This document shows, piece by piece, positions 1 through 13,801 of a DNA stretch of 64,000 nucleotides. The first letter of the stretch is position 1. Each line of letters begins with the position of its first letter. Made by a program: the position numbers and the translations under genes. The DNA lies in NCBI GenBank assembly GCA_012295275.1, contig CM022675.1:3658001-3722000 (forward strand). The letters run 5' to 3'. The DNA is from Chrysomallon squamiferum (taxonomy: Eukaryota; Animalia; Mollusca). The notes beneath the pieces were generated by a model, which was not told where the DNA came from, did not search any database, and saw nothing but the letters and a program-made list of their open reading frames with translations.

Positions 1-417
1 ATTACAGGCCTGCTTGAATATTCATCATAGCAATATGCCTAAAATTAGTAATATTAATAAAAGTGAAATATGTTTTAGTTAATAACTGTATCATACCCAT
101 TGCTTGTTTATTGTTGTTAATGTAATTATATGTAAATTTATATTCTCTGACCAATTTAAGTGTAGACACTTTTTGACAGTTACAAACAATATTATTATTA
201 TTATTTATGTGTTATTATAGGTGAATTATTGTAGGTGAATTTTGATGATGTTTTCCCATTATATATGTTAATTATGCACATTTTTTTTCTTATAGAATGC
301 AGTTGGCACATCAAAGGATATTTGTAATATCATAATGCTTCTAATAAATATGTGATTTATAATCATCACAAATTTAATAAATATTTCAACTTCTTAGTTC
401 ATTATTTTTTTTTTCTT

Positions 418-450
<33 letters not shown>

Positions 451-644
451 TTCTTTTAATATTTTTTTAGTGGGAAAATTATGATGCCATTTTTATTTCA
501 CTTTGTTTTATTTCATTTATTTTTATGTTGTTTAATAACAATAATAATATGATGATGATGCTTTCACCACTAATACAATAATAAAATTAAACTTTTTATT
601 TCAAAAAAAATAATTAATTCTGAAATCGGGAAAAAAGCTAAACA

Positions 645-690
<46 letters not shown>

Positions 691-1489
691 TCTATCTGCG
701 TTTATTACTTATACAGGGAGTGGCCAGTTTATAACGCAATACTGGAACTAATTTTTCTGACCGAATCGCCTTTTGCTGACGTTAATAAATAATAAGTTCT
801 AGAAATGCATTGAATTAATGAATTCTACAAAACAAGAGAGAGAGAGAGAGCTGAAAAATCTGCTACATCGTAAAGCAGAACAAACAACAAGTCACGAATC
901 GACAACGTCATTACCGGTTTACTTTGCTTTCAATGGAAGTTTGCCATCAACATTACATTGTTTACTTCTAGCATATCATTTTTGTGTGTTCCGTGTAGTT
1001 ACTGACCCGTGAACGGTGCTCGTGCTAAAGAGAAAACGAATTCCCTCTGTAGCCTTTTGGACTAAACCCATTCACGATTTGGAGCAGTTCATTTATAAAA
1101 TGTAGAGGTCGTAGGGGTTTAAGGCTATATGAGGTTCTACACGTAGACCTTTTCGTTCCAAAAAAAAAAGTAATTATATTTTCATGTCAGGGTTAACTAC
1201 TTAAATTATGTCAGAATTAGGACATAATAAATAAATATAAAAAGGACATATAACAGTTGTTATGACTAAGTTAAATGATTTAGATACAGGAAGTTGCATT
1301 ATTATTAAAAAAAATACTCTTTTACGCTTTAAAAAAAAAAAAAAAAAAAAAAAGGATCCAGATTGCAGGTTTTTAATTTTTCTCTTCCATGTTGGGCACA
1401 TGGAAGAGTAAATTTAAAAAAAGAAAAAGAACCGGGAGGCATAATGTACAGAGACGGCCAGACAGGGACAGCTACAATAATAATATTGT

Positions 1490-1520
<31 letters not shown>

Positions 1521-1855
1521 TTGCTCGTTTTATATTTTTCAGATGTAAGTATAGGAATGTTAATATTTAACTGCATTTTTTTAGTTCAATAAATCGGTAA
1601 TCTTTTCTTTTTACTTTTCATTTCTTTTTTTTTTTTTATTTTTTTTTTTTTTCAGTTTTTGTTTATTTCGAAAAGTACTGATAAAATACTTCTAACGCTC
1701 AGTCGGTCATGCTTGTTGCTTTTTTACGTAAATAATTCAGAATTATCCGAATGTACAGTTTTTGACCCGTATCCTGACGTGAATTAACTTTGCTGTGAAA
1801 TATTATGTTCTTCTCTTTCTCGATGTGTATTTCTTTGCGTTTGTCTAGATTTTTG

Positions 1856-1913
<58 letters not shown>

Positions 1914-2742
1914 ACACACATACACATGCATTTCTTTCCCCCCATCTTTATTTCGTTCTCTTTCACTCTGGATCGACGATGAAATGGCTCACATAAGAAA
2001 TAATTTTTAAAAAAAAAACAAAAAAAAAAAAAAACCCTCTTGTGTTAATTTTACAGTTCTTTTGTGTTTTTAGATTTAACATTACATACCAGGACACTAA
2101 ATTCTTGTTAATTAATTTCCACAACAGTTTCTTAGTCATTACGCTGCTCAAAATCTATTGGTCTCATTATACATTATATTATACCTTAAATGGGCCTCCA
2201 ATCTGACTTAGTTATGTATAGCAGACGTTATCGACCGTAAGGGTTTTTTCATTTTTCACACAAACAGGGATGTTACACAAGCTTCCTTTATTCTTTCTTC
2301 TTCTTCTTCATCATAGCAGGATAAAGTTAGGTACAGATGTTGGCATCAAACAAAAATATACAGCAACATTTTAATACTCTTTAAATGACTGGTAATGTAA
2401 ATGACCCCAAAAGCTGAAACGTCTCTTTAAACTGTTACAGTTTCGGACCTAGAATTTATCGCGAAATCGTGTCCCTTGCTGTCCGCGGTCAAATGTTACA
2501 ATATATGTTATATACAAACAAAAACATGGTCTTTAGTAACGTGTTCAGAACTCTGTAAATATACGTCAGCTGGTACGTTCCTTTGTTGCATGCAGAAGTG
2601 GTTCAGTTACGGGTGAAAGGGGCGGAACAGACACACACACACACACACGATATTAAATCAACAGGATGGAAGGATTTAATGAATGAGAGAAAGTGAGAGA
2701 AAAAAGAAAGATTTAAAGAGAAAAAAACACTGATTTGAAAAG

Positions 2743-2744
2743 GT

Positions 2745-2832
<88 letters not shown>
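2743..2832. repeat. (GT)n(GA)n microsatellite
   Basis: Read directly. Similar arrays occur at 651-687 (CA), 1861-1909 (CT), 6052-6133 (CA/GA), 24346-24403 (CA), 47609-47652, 47828-47892 and 54410-54490. Confidence 0.95.
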
Positions 2833-2833
<1 letters not shown>

Positions 2834-2984
2834 GCTAAGTCATAAGCACATACCAGAACCGCTCGCAATACTAAAGACTTGAAAACACGAAACACAGGTA
2901 TATTATTTACACAGAGCAACAAACGAAGTAATGAAATATGTTTTTGCGCTGATATGCATGTTGAACAACTAATGTACAATTTTA

Positions 2985-3344
2985 AAATGGATAGACACGG
3001 TTGAAATATATGGTTAAAATATTAATAATTATAAAAAATATTGAAATATATCCTTAGAAACTGTTGAAATGTATCGTAAGAAATCACCTAAACTGATCTC
3101 CAGAAACTATATCAAATGTAACTATAGAAACCACTGAAATATATGGATCTAAAAACCGTTGAGATTTATCTACAGAAAATTGTAACATAGATATCTAGAA
3201 ATCATTGAAACGTTTCAAAATATATCTAAAGAAAATAATGAAATATATCTTCAGATGCCACTGAAATATATTTCTAGAAACATTTAAAAATATATCTAAA
3301 GAAAATAATGAAATATATATCTAGCACTACCAGAGAAACAAGTA

Positions 3345-3384
<40 letters not shown>

Positions 3385-3420
3385 TGAGTAAACATTCAGA
3401 TATCCATGGAAACAACCACT
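2985..3420 (+). repeat. Degenerate ~22-bp minisatellite (TGAAATATATCTCTAGAAAC-like) with an embedded (AT)n
   Basis: About 15 units containing GAAAT.TAT....AGAAAC; (AT)n at about 3348-3382. Confidence 0.7.
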
Positions 3421-6049
3421 GACATATATACCTGTATAGGTGTGTAAAACTGCTACAACCTTTTTCTCCGATCTCCTTTCTAGCTGAATTTTATATTATC
3501 ATGAAAGAAGGATGTGTGTGTGCGTGTATATGTGTATGTGTGTACATACAGAAAGATATATAGATATACACACTCACATACATTGTTTTTAAGAAGATAA
3601 TAAAACTACTACTAATAATGACGATGATAATGATTATTATTATTATTATTATTATTATTATCATCATCATCATAATCATCACCATCAATCCATCTCCCAA
3701 TTTCCCCTACCAATCTCAGTAAAATAAACAGTAAAATACAGCACATCCTAATTAGGGCCTCTCACTTTTTTTTTTCTCTCTCTCTCTCTCTCTCAGCATT
3801 TTGTTTTGCGCTAAAGACTTTTTCCTTGACAATGTCAGAGCGTCCTTTTTATAAATATGTGATTTGTTAAGAGTGAAGAAAAAGCATAAAGTGTCAGTTT
3901 TCCAAATACAGTTGTTAGTTCACTCAAGTAGCTGTAATTTCATTTATATGTCGGGAAAACGCGAATTTCAAGGCTGGGCGGGGGGGGAGAAGAAGAAAAT
4001 GACGTCTGCATCATATAAAAATGTTAGTTGTAATATTTTACTTCTATTGTAGTAGTTATAAACTGGATGTTCTGTGTAAAGTGTTTTAATGTTTCGTTTT
4101 TGTATATTATGTACGTGTATTGTGTTCGAGTATTTTTGGGGCGCCACATTATTGCAAACAAAATTTCCTTCTAACAGAGCACCTTTGGCCCTCGCATAAA
4201 ATGTTGTCACTTGTATTTGTTCTTTTTAATTTATTTATCTTTTGTTTTTATGTTTATTATTTATACTTTTGCTGATCATTTATAGCGTATCAATTATCAT
4301 CTGGTGCGTGTTGGGTCTAGACATACCAGCTGTTATATAAATGCTGAAATGGCAATATTTCTAGTTTAACGAAAGCGGAACAACAGAATAATAAATTTTG
4401 AAACTCCAAAGAGGAAGAGATGAAAATAATTATAACTGTGAAATAACATCGTTAATATGAGATAAAAAAAACCCCATATTTCCGGCAGGTTTGAAGCTTT
4501 ATTATTATTATTCTTTTTTTTTTTGTTTATCAAAGACATCGTTTTTTTTTTTTTTTTTTTTCGTTATTTTGAATCTTATTATTATAACGAAAATAATAAA
4601 TGGAAAAAATCAGGCTTCTGAGCAAAGTATTGATTTGTTTCTTTTACTTTGCTTTATTTTATTTTATTTTATTTATTTACTTATTTATTTTGTTTGTTTC
4701 TTTGATTAAATGACAGAATTTATTTGGAAAATGTTTTAATGAACTGCATAGTTATGTGTAATAAAGCATTTTTATTCTCCGGTAGTTTCAGATAAGCGAA
4801 TATTTCTTGTTTGTTTGTTTGGTTGGTTGGACAAATACATTTACTGCATCATCAATATCGACGTCAGTGATGATGTGGTTAAGAAGAACATCAACATCTT
4901 TTCTGATACTATCGTAACAATATTTCAGTTTTCATCAGTAATTATGTTTATCATCTTCTAAATAAATAAATAAATAAATAAAATAAAATAAAATAAAATA
5001 AAACAGAACAGTAATGAATAATCGATGCTAAAATCTCGAAAATGTTGCTGTCACGAACATATAAAACAACCACGCGATTCCGCTTAGAACTTTCTCGATA
5101 ACTGATACTTTGGACAGAAAGATTTAATATCCTTTCATATTCATTTTCCTTTTTATAGCCCAAGGCAATGAAATGAAGCAGTAAAAAGAAGCGTAAAAAA
5201 AATAATAAAAACATATTATTAAACACTGAAGGACAATTATCGTAATTTTCGGATGCCTGTTTACATGTCAAATGACATAAAGCATGTAAGTTTAATGGCA
5301 ACTAATTTAGATATCTTGAAAATGACGCGGAGAAAGTCTGTCACAAAAGCACGAAGTCTGACAGATTTTATGACAGAAAAATAAATTTCTAGTAGCGATC
5401 AAAATAACTTGTTTCAGCATTTGCTTATTTATTATTATTTATTTATATTTTATTTTATTTATTTTATTATTATTTTTTCTCTCTCCATATTTTTTGTATA
5501 TTTCTTTTCTCTCTTGTATTGTTTCAAACTTTTACATTCTAAGAATAATTAACCTATCCTTTTACTGGGACAACAGAAGCAGACGTAAAACGCGCGCGCG
5601 CTCTGAAGCACATGCAATCAGCCAGCCTCTGTCTCGTTCATTATCGTGACTGTTTATATTGCGACGGGCCGCGTTTGGTACGATAATACTGCAGATTTAT
5701 TGATCTGCAGTTTCGCTATATTGTATATTGTTATTAGCCAGTAATATGTTTCAGTTACAGCTGTTTGGTATCTGTGTGGACTGCACCTTTTCATGTCGTG
5801 GGTGAATTTGCGTGATAAAGTTTTCTATATTAATATGATGCTATAAATTAAGTGACAGATTTTAAGGTTAACAACTCGAGCATTTTATGGGGGCTTCAAT
5901 GCCTGAAACATCAATAAATTTCTAACATTTCCCAAATAGGGCCTCAATAGCTGCCCGTAATGTCGGGATTTGGCCCGTGTCTGCGTGTACAGGTGAATTG
6001 TCAAAAGACATATTTGAAACCTTGGAACAGATGAATATTAATTTTGTTT

Positions 6050-6135
<86 letters not shown>

Positions 6136-6740
6136 TATTAAAAGTTGTTAGATGTCGATAAACTTTTCCTTTTCTTTTTTTTTCTTTCTCTCTCTTTTCT
6201 TTGACCTAAATATATTTATTATGTTATATGTGCTTTTTACAGACAGAAAAGCAACCGCCTTCGAAAAACCTGATTTGGAGCAACAGACGAACTGGGAATT
6301 CTCCCTGGTAAAGACGAACACTACAGAAATACAATCTGTGGTAAATTCCTCCCTATGTCGCTCCACCCCACCTAGAATATTGTTATGGTTGTGCCCTTAT
6401 TTCTATTTCTTAATTTTACAATTTATGTTTTTATTTTATATTTTATTTTTATTTTATAGTTCATTTTATTTATTTAATATCATTTTTTAATTGATTAATA
6501 ATTTAATAATTTTTTGTGCTCATTTTTTTCTTTCTTTCTTTGCTTAAAAACAAGGTGTTTCATAAATGTTTTTTCTTTCTTTCTTTTTCGTATTTTATTT
6601 ATTTATTTATTTCATTATTTTATTTTATTTTATTTTATTTCATTATTTTTTAATTTTTTTTATTTATTTATTTTATTTATTTTTTTATTTTATTTCATTT
6701 TATTATTTTTTATTTTTTTTATTTTTTTTTTTTTTTTTTT

Positions 6741-6788
<48 letters not shown>

Positions 6789-7599
6789 TTTTGTCTAGCG
6801 GAAGTAAAATAATAAAATAAAGTCTCATATTTCTGTTATTGGTGTATTTCAGCCATGTCCTCGAGTTGTACATTGTTATCTTCTGTTGGAGGTGAGCTCG
6901 GTAAATTGGAAAACCGTCAACAAATAAAAATAAAAACAAGTCGTTTGGAATTATCTCTTCTATTTTTTATTGATACACTAGTGAAAACAAACAAAAGAGT
7001 AAAATAAATAAATAAATAAACAAAATAAATAAAAAAAAACCTAGGAAAGATCCAGACATTTTTAGGGAGATTTAATCGACAAATTTTAATGCGGAATCGG
7101 ATTGTTTATTTATTTATTTTTTAAATTCCGTTACAATATAGTAAAATTTAGTAAATACAAAAATATGCGCAATGGCAGCAGATAAAAACACAAAATTAGA
7201 TTCACAGCAACTCACACTGAACTGCATATCTTACGACTAATAGGAACTCACACCGTTTTACGTATATCTCACGCCTGAAACCACTCTCAGCTACCCATCT
7301 CACCTACTCACACTTAGCTGCTATCTTAGACTCGTACTGACCTACACGTAGGTATCCCACAATGACTTTCCTCGTCGTCTGAATGAACAACGCGCACTGT
7401 TGCTGTCAGCTGACACAGCGAGCCTGTGGAAAATTTCAGTGACCTAGAAAATGTGTGTGCGCATGTTAACAACAATCGCCAGTTGTGTACATCGTCCTAC
7501 CAGTGTTGATACATGAATTAACGATGCCCGCTTTAGCAAACACTGTGAAACAAATCCTACAGCCGACTCTCACGTTTCAAAAATACTCTGTCAGCTGTT

Positions 7600-7689
7600 T
7601 ATTATTATTGTTGTTGTTGTTGTTACTTTATTACTATAACTATTATTATTAGTATTACTATTATTACTATTATTAGTAGTATTAGTATT

Positions 7690-7733
<44 letters not shown>

Positions 7734-7900
7734 TATTATTATTGTTATTGTTTTATTACTATTATTAGTGTTTTTGTTATTATTAATAATATTATTGTTA
7801 TTAATGTTATTATTATTATTATTATTGCTGTTGTTGTTGTTATTTTATTATTATTATTATCGTTGTTAACTCTTGTATTATTATTATTGTTACTTATTAT
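7600..7900. repeat. Imperfect (ATT)n-type trinucleotide tract
   Basis: Read directly. Similar tracts occur at 8110-8170, 13756-13830, 23405-23465, 24150-24240 and 55374-55422. Confidence 0.9.
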
Positions 7901-8110
7901 TATAAACGTCGCCATTTTACAGTTTTGCATTTGGAATCGTGATGTCATTGCTTACGAATGAATCGTCACGATTCTAAAAGAAATCGCAGCAAATCAATTA
8001 CCCTGTAAGCGCTGACGTCACAAATACAGAAAAATGGCGGTTCCTGTATATCGGTAAAACTGTTTTCTTTTATTGTTACACTGCGTTATTATTTGATATT
8101 GGACTATTGA

Positions 8111-8170
<60 letters not shown>

Positions 8171-8586
8171 CTTTGGATGATTTGGCTGGAATGGAAAAAG
8201 TCCAGCAATGTAACACATCTGACACGAACGCTCTGACTACTGACCTACCTTCCTCTCCTAAAGTATTCACTGTAAAAAAAAAAAAAAAAAAAAAAACAGA
8301 CAGACATACAGGAAACATGGCTGGTGTATTGTTTATCAACTTAAGACTAGGATTACTGGTAGAATTTCGCGCAGACGAGAGAGGCAATTTCTGTAGGAAA
8401 TAATTCGTCGTATAGAATTCCTTCGTGTGACTGCGGCTTAACTCGCGATTCTGGTGTACTCTTAACTTCCGCGAGAAATCGATTACTTTCTAAAAATGTG
8501 TTTCACCCTCCCCCACAAGGTTTATTGTATAGGCTTAGAGGATTGTTCTATAATTCAGTAATGTAGCCTCTTTATATGTTTATGAA

Positions 8587-8999
<413 letters not shown>

Positions 9000-9369
9000 C
9001 GTTCGTCCATAAATATATGCGTAAATACAAACGTACATAAAGTGACATATACACACCACGATACATACATAAATAAATACATATGTATTGTTCGTGTAAT
9101 ATTTCATATATTCGTGCTAATAAATATAACACTGCAAGGCCACATCACACGTACATACAATGAGTAACGAAGTTCAAATCACCTTGGCAACAGATGGCCG
9201 TACCGTTATATATGTACAGTCCCGTTAAATACTTTAATTATATACAACGGTTGTGATATATCAGCTGTTATTGTCACACATATACCCTCCTCAGTCTTTT
9301 TAAATGAAATCCAGGACAAATGATCCAGAGGTTATGTCGTTATTTATAAATTCTAAGAATTATTGACGA

Positions 9370-9409
<40 letters not shown>

Positions 9410-9666
9410 TATTATTATTATTATTATTGTTGTTGTTGTTGTTATTATTATTGTTATTATTGTTATTATTATTATCATTATCATTATTATTATCACTTGT
9501 TTTTGTTGTTGTTGTTGTTGTTATTATTATTATTATCATCATTATCATTATCACTTGTTTTTGTTGTTGTTGTTATTATTATTGTTATTATTATTATTAT
9601 CATTATCATTATTATTATCACTTGTTTTTGTTGTTGTTGTTGTTATTATTATTATTATTATTATTA
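9370..9666. repeat. Compound (ATT/GTT/ATC)n microsatellite with a higher-order ~60-bp unit x3
   Basis: ATCACTTGTTTTTGTTGTTG recurs at about 9492, 9550 and 9617. Confidence 0.9.
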
Positions 9667-10141
9667 TGTGGTCATATAAATCTAGTATTTCTCTTTTTTT
9701 TTTTTTCTTTTATTACTTACAAATTTTAGGATTTCATTCCTTTTGATATACTGATTATAAATTCTAGGAATCTCTCCTCTGTATTATTACTTTTTAAAAT
9801 AACATCTATAAAAATCTAAGAAATCCCCACTTTGCTTTTAATAGTAATTATAAAAGCTAAGTTATTTTTAAATACTGACTTAGGCAATGTCTTATTTTAT
9901 TTTTATACTGTGATTACTTTGCTAAAAAAAACCCATTTCTTTTTGTACATTAAATAGAAATTTGTATAATATCTACTTTTATATAGTGACTGTACAAATA
10001 TGGGCATTCCTAATTTTGTTAGTAACTGTCAAAATTTGAGATCTGAGAATACCTAAGAAATATTATACAGAAATCTGAGAAATTTCTCGGATTAGCTTTT
10101 TACACAGCTTCTACAACATCAGAAAATCCATGTTTATTTTA

Positions 10142-10192
<51 letters not shown>

Positions 10193-12998
10193 CGTTTCTT
10201 GCAAACTATAAATCTGGTCTGTTACACTAGAAAAGAAATGACAAGCTTACAATATATTTATTTTTGTATAAAGATAAATAAATATAGCTATAGTAAAGCG
10301 TTTCAATTAATTTTTGAGGATTCAGCTGAAAATTACATGACTTATGAAAGCAGATTTGTCAAATTTGCCATGAAAATTAAATTTATTTAAAGCGAATTTT
10401 GAAGCATCACAAAAATAGAAGTTATTATGAGAACAACATTGTATAGTCATGGAAACCGATGTGTTGTAAGGAAAAAACAGACGTACGTTGACATGGAAAC
10501 CTGATGTATGTTCTCATGGGAACGCAAGTGCCTATAAATGGAATTATCCGGTTCTCATATTTTGATAATATTTATAATATGCGCACGAAAGCAAAAAAGA
10601 AGATAATTATCTTTAATTAAGATGCATAACCCAAGCATGCGAAGCGTTATGAATGTGTGCGTTCATGTAATTATGTATGTCCAGAGCGCTAACGATTTTT
10701 TTTTTCATTTATTACAAATGGCCGACTTTATAATGTTTACTGTTCAGATTGGGTGATAAAATGATTCAGAGCATTTATACATTTAAAATGAAAATTTGTT
10801 TAATGATGTCCTTAGCCTTGAGAAGATTTTCTTGTGCATGAAATGTTTACAAAAGCTGCTGTTCAAAATTATAAAATTGACGGTCGAGAATAGCAGCCCT
10901 TCCCCACCCGGCTAAAAATAAATATTAATTTTGATAATACGGACAGTAATAACTTCAGAAATTACATAATTAACCACACACACTGCACGCAACGAAATAC
11001 AGCAGTAATATAGGAACGAGGAGAAATTATAACATAAAAACCATTTATTATTAGCAGTGTTTTGTTTAATGATGATATCGAAGAAGAAACCAATAATAAT
11101 AGTTATCGATTAAGAAGAATGGGTTTTTACATGTCTTGACGTAGTCAGGACAGCAAATACCGCAATCTTTTATACATTTAGAAGCACTAGTTTTAACGGG
11201 AAATCGTCAAGTGTTGGCACTGAACAGAATTGCTCTTGCGATCTACTAAACTACTGAAATATGCCCCAAACTTTGAGTAATAATTACTGTACAAAGTTTA
11301 TTTTGAATTTTAGCCTCGATTCTAATTAGATTTTAAAGAGTTCTGTTTGACAGAAAGCAGACGTCTTTTTGTAATACATGAAATAAACATAATTACTGCG
11401 GTAGATTTAATTCTCTCTAGACTTTATTCTCTTTCTTCAGTTATTCGTCCTTCTACTGCAGCCTATATCAACTGCTATAATATATTGTGTTTATTAGATT
11501 ATTTTTGTAATTCACTATTTTGTTGCAGCTGTTGTTAAACATTAATTCGTTTGACAGTGATTGAGAAGGAAAACTAAAGAATAAATAATACGTACAACCT
11601 GAAAACCTTTACAGTGGTTAGAAAATGCACTAGATATATCTGTGATGATTTATAGCGTATATTGTAGTCATTTATTGTTTAATTTAATAAATTTAATTAT
11701 TTTGTAGTAGTAGAAGTAGTAGTTGTTGTTTAGTTTCGATATGTTTTCTCGTTGGGAACATTTTCTCAGTGACATGAAGACAGTCTAGTATTCTTTTCTA
11801 CGTGTTTATTTAGATCCGGGGATTCATGTCGGCCTTGACCAATCATCATATGAACAATTACCTAAAGAAGAAGAAGAAGAAAAAATATATATATAAAAAA
11901 ATAATAATAATAATAAAAAAAAAAATAATAATAATTATAATAATGTGAAAAGAAAATATACAAATAAATAAATAAATAAACATGAAAATAAATCAAGAAA
12001 CTCTCTTTCACTGGTTGATAATAAGTAAAACAGCCGAAAATATATCATGGCAGATGGAATGTTTCTGTGTCTGTGTCTGTAAATGAGGCCAATGTCCCTA
12101 ACTGTCTTAATTTAATGTATCGGCCTACGATTTAAAATATTTTGCAGATTATGATGTCATTACAATTTCAACAGAAATCGACAGTTTTATATTATTTGTT
12201 ATTTTATTTATTTATTTATTTATTATAGTACCCAAATCCTGTTTTTGTCGTACTTAATGCAAGTTGTACAACAGTCATTTTACTGATTGCTTTGCTAATA
12301 AATTTGTACTAAAGAATATTTAGTAACTCGTGTTTCCTTAAACAGATTAAATCTGCTTGAGGAAACTCGTTGTTCATTGCCATTATTTAATCTTATCATT
12401 GTGACTAGTAATTTTAATGTATTTTTCTTATGGCTTCTGTCATTAGTCTTGTTATACTTTAACTGTCGTCTGCTATATTTTTACTGTCGCTGTCTGCTCT
12501 ATTTTTTCACTGTCGTCGGCAAACAAAAAAATATCCAGTATAAGAAAAACTGAAAATACTGAAACAGAATTTTCCCCGAGGATTTTGGACAAGGGCCTAT
12601 TGACCTGTATACAGTAAATCATTTTTTTGTAAACATTCACCGACCTGCGATGACCAAAGGACTGGTCGTTATGCAGTTCAGTGGTCTCTCGATATGAAAA
12701 CGTATGATAAAGGCAGGAATCAATGAATTGGCTATTCGTTTGGGCTATTTTACAACTCGGCCATGTTCAAGCTTCATCAAAAACTATGATATGTGCTCTC
12801 CTAACTGCTCCTAACTGATAATAGTAGCACATTAGGAATGACAACACGTTTTCTCTCTAGTAACCTTGTCATTATAAAATAATAATAAAAATAATAATAA
12901 TTCAAAAAAAAAAAAAAAAAAAAAAAACGACGAAAAAGGAAAATAGGAAGAAAGGCAGAAGCGCCTATGACATATTCAGATTTCATGATAATTCATTA

Positions 12999-13032
<34 letters not shown>

Positions 13033-13037
13033 TTTGA

Positions 13038-13109
13038 ATTTTTATTTTGTATGTTTCTAAATATATGTATATATATCTATATATATTCAGAAACATACAA
13101 AATAAAAAT
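13038..13109. repeat. Near-perfect inverted repeat around an (AT)n core
   Basis: 21-bp perfect arms ATTTTTATTTTGTATGTTTCT (13038-13058) / AGAAACATACAAAATAAAAAT (13089-13109). Confidence 0.9.
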
Positions 13110-13753
13110 ACTTTCTATTTTATATATTTGTTTGTGCATGTAACAACATTTTTCCGAAGTTGATACACTTCCCTCCCCAAAATGCCGGCAGGTATATAGA
13201 AATTTACTTAGTCATCAAATTTTGTCATTACTTACACAGATTGCAGGATACATACATACATACATACATACATACATACATACATACATACATGCATACA
13301 CCCACACTACATACATAACGACATGGGTGCCATACGTTCGAGTCTCGTCAGCGGCATCTGACGGGGTTTGTGACGTCGTGATTGGACTTTGTCCTCCTGC
13401 GCCAGTGCGTTCCCGAATATTGTCTACGTGCAGAGTCTAATCTGACATACATAAGACAGAGAATATATACATAAAGAAATACATACATATATAAATAATA
13501 TACACAGCCATCCATACATATATCCACCTATTATTATTTATATTTTCATATATAAATAGGTTTACGATAAATGTAAATATAGATATGTCGGTCGTTATGA
13601 CAACAGAATACTTTAACCCTTTGACTCCTTTGTCTCGCGATCAGAGCCGGCAACAATAATAATTATCATATTATAATCAGCATTATTTATTTTGTCTAGT
13701 TGCAGAATATGAAACCATCTGTTTGTTTAGTTCGCTAGTGCAATGGAAAAGAC

Positions 13754-13801
<48 letters not shown>

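Noticed and set aside
2335-2346. AGATGTTGGCAT resembling part of miR-31
   Set aside because: The seed region is absent and there is no precursor hairpin.
13325-13357. tRNA-like GTTCGAGTCTCGTCAGCGGCA
   Set aside because: Only a T-loop/B-box-like piece. The T-stem is broken and there is no D-arm or anticodon arm upstream (microsatellite instead).
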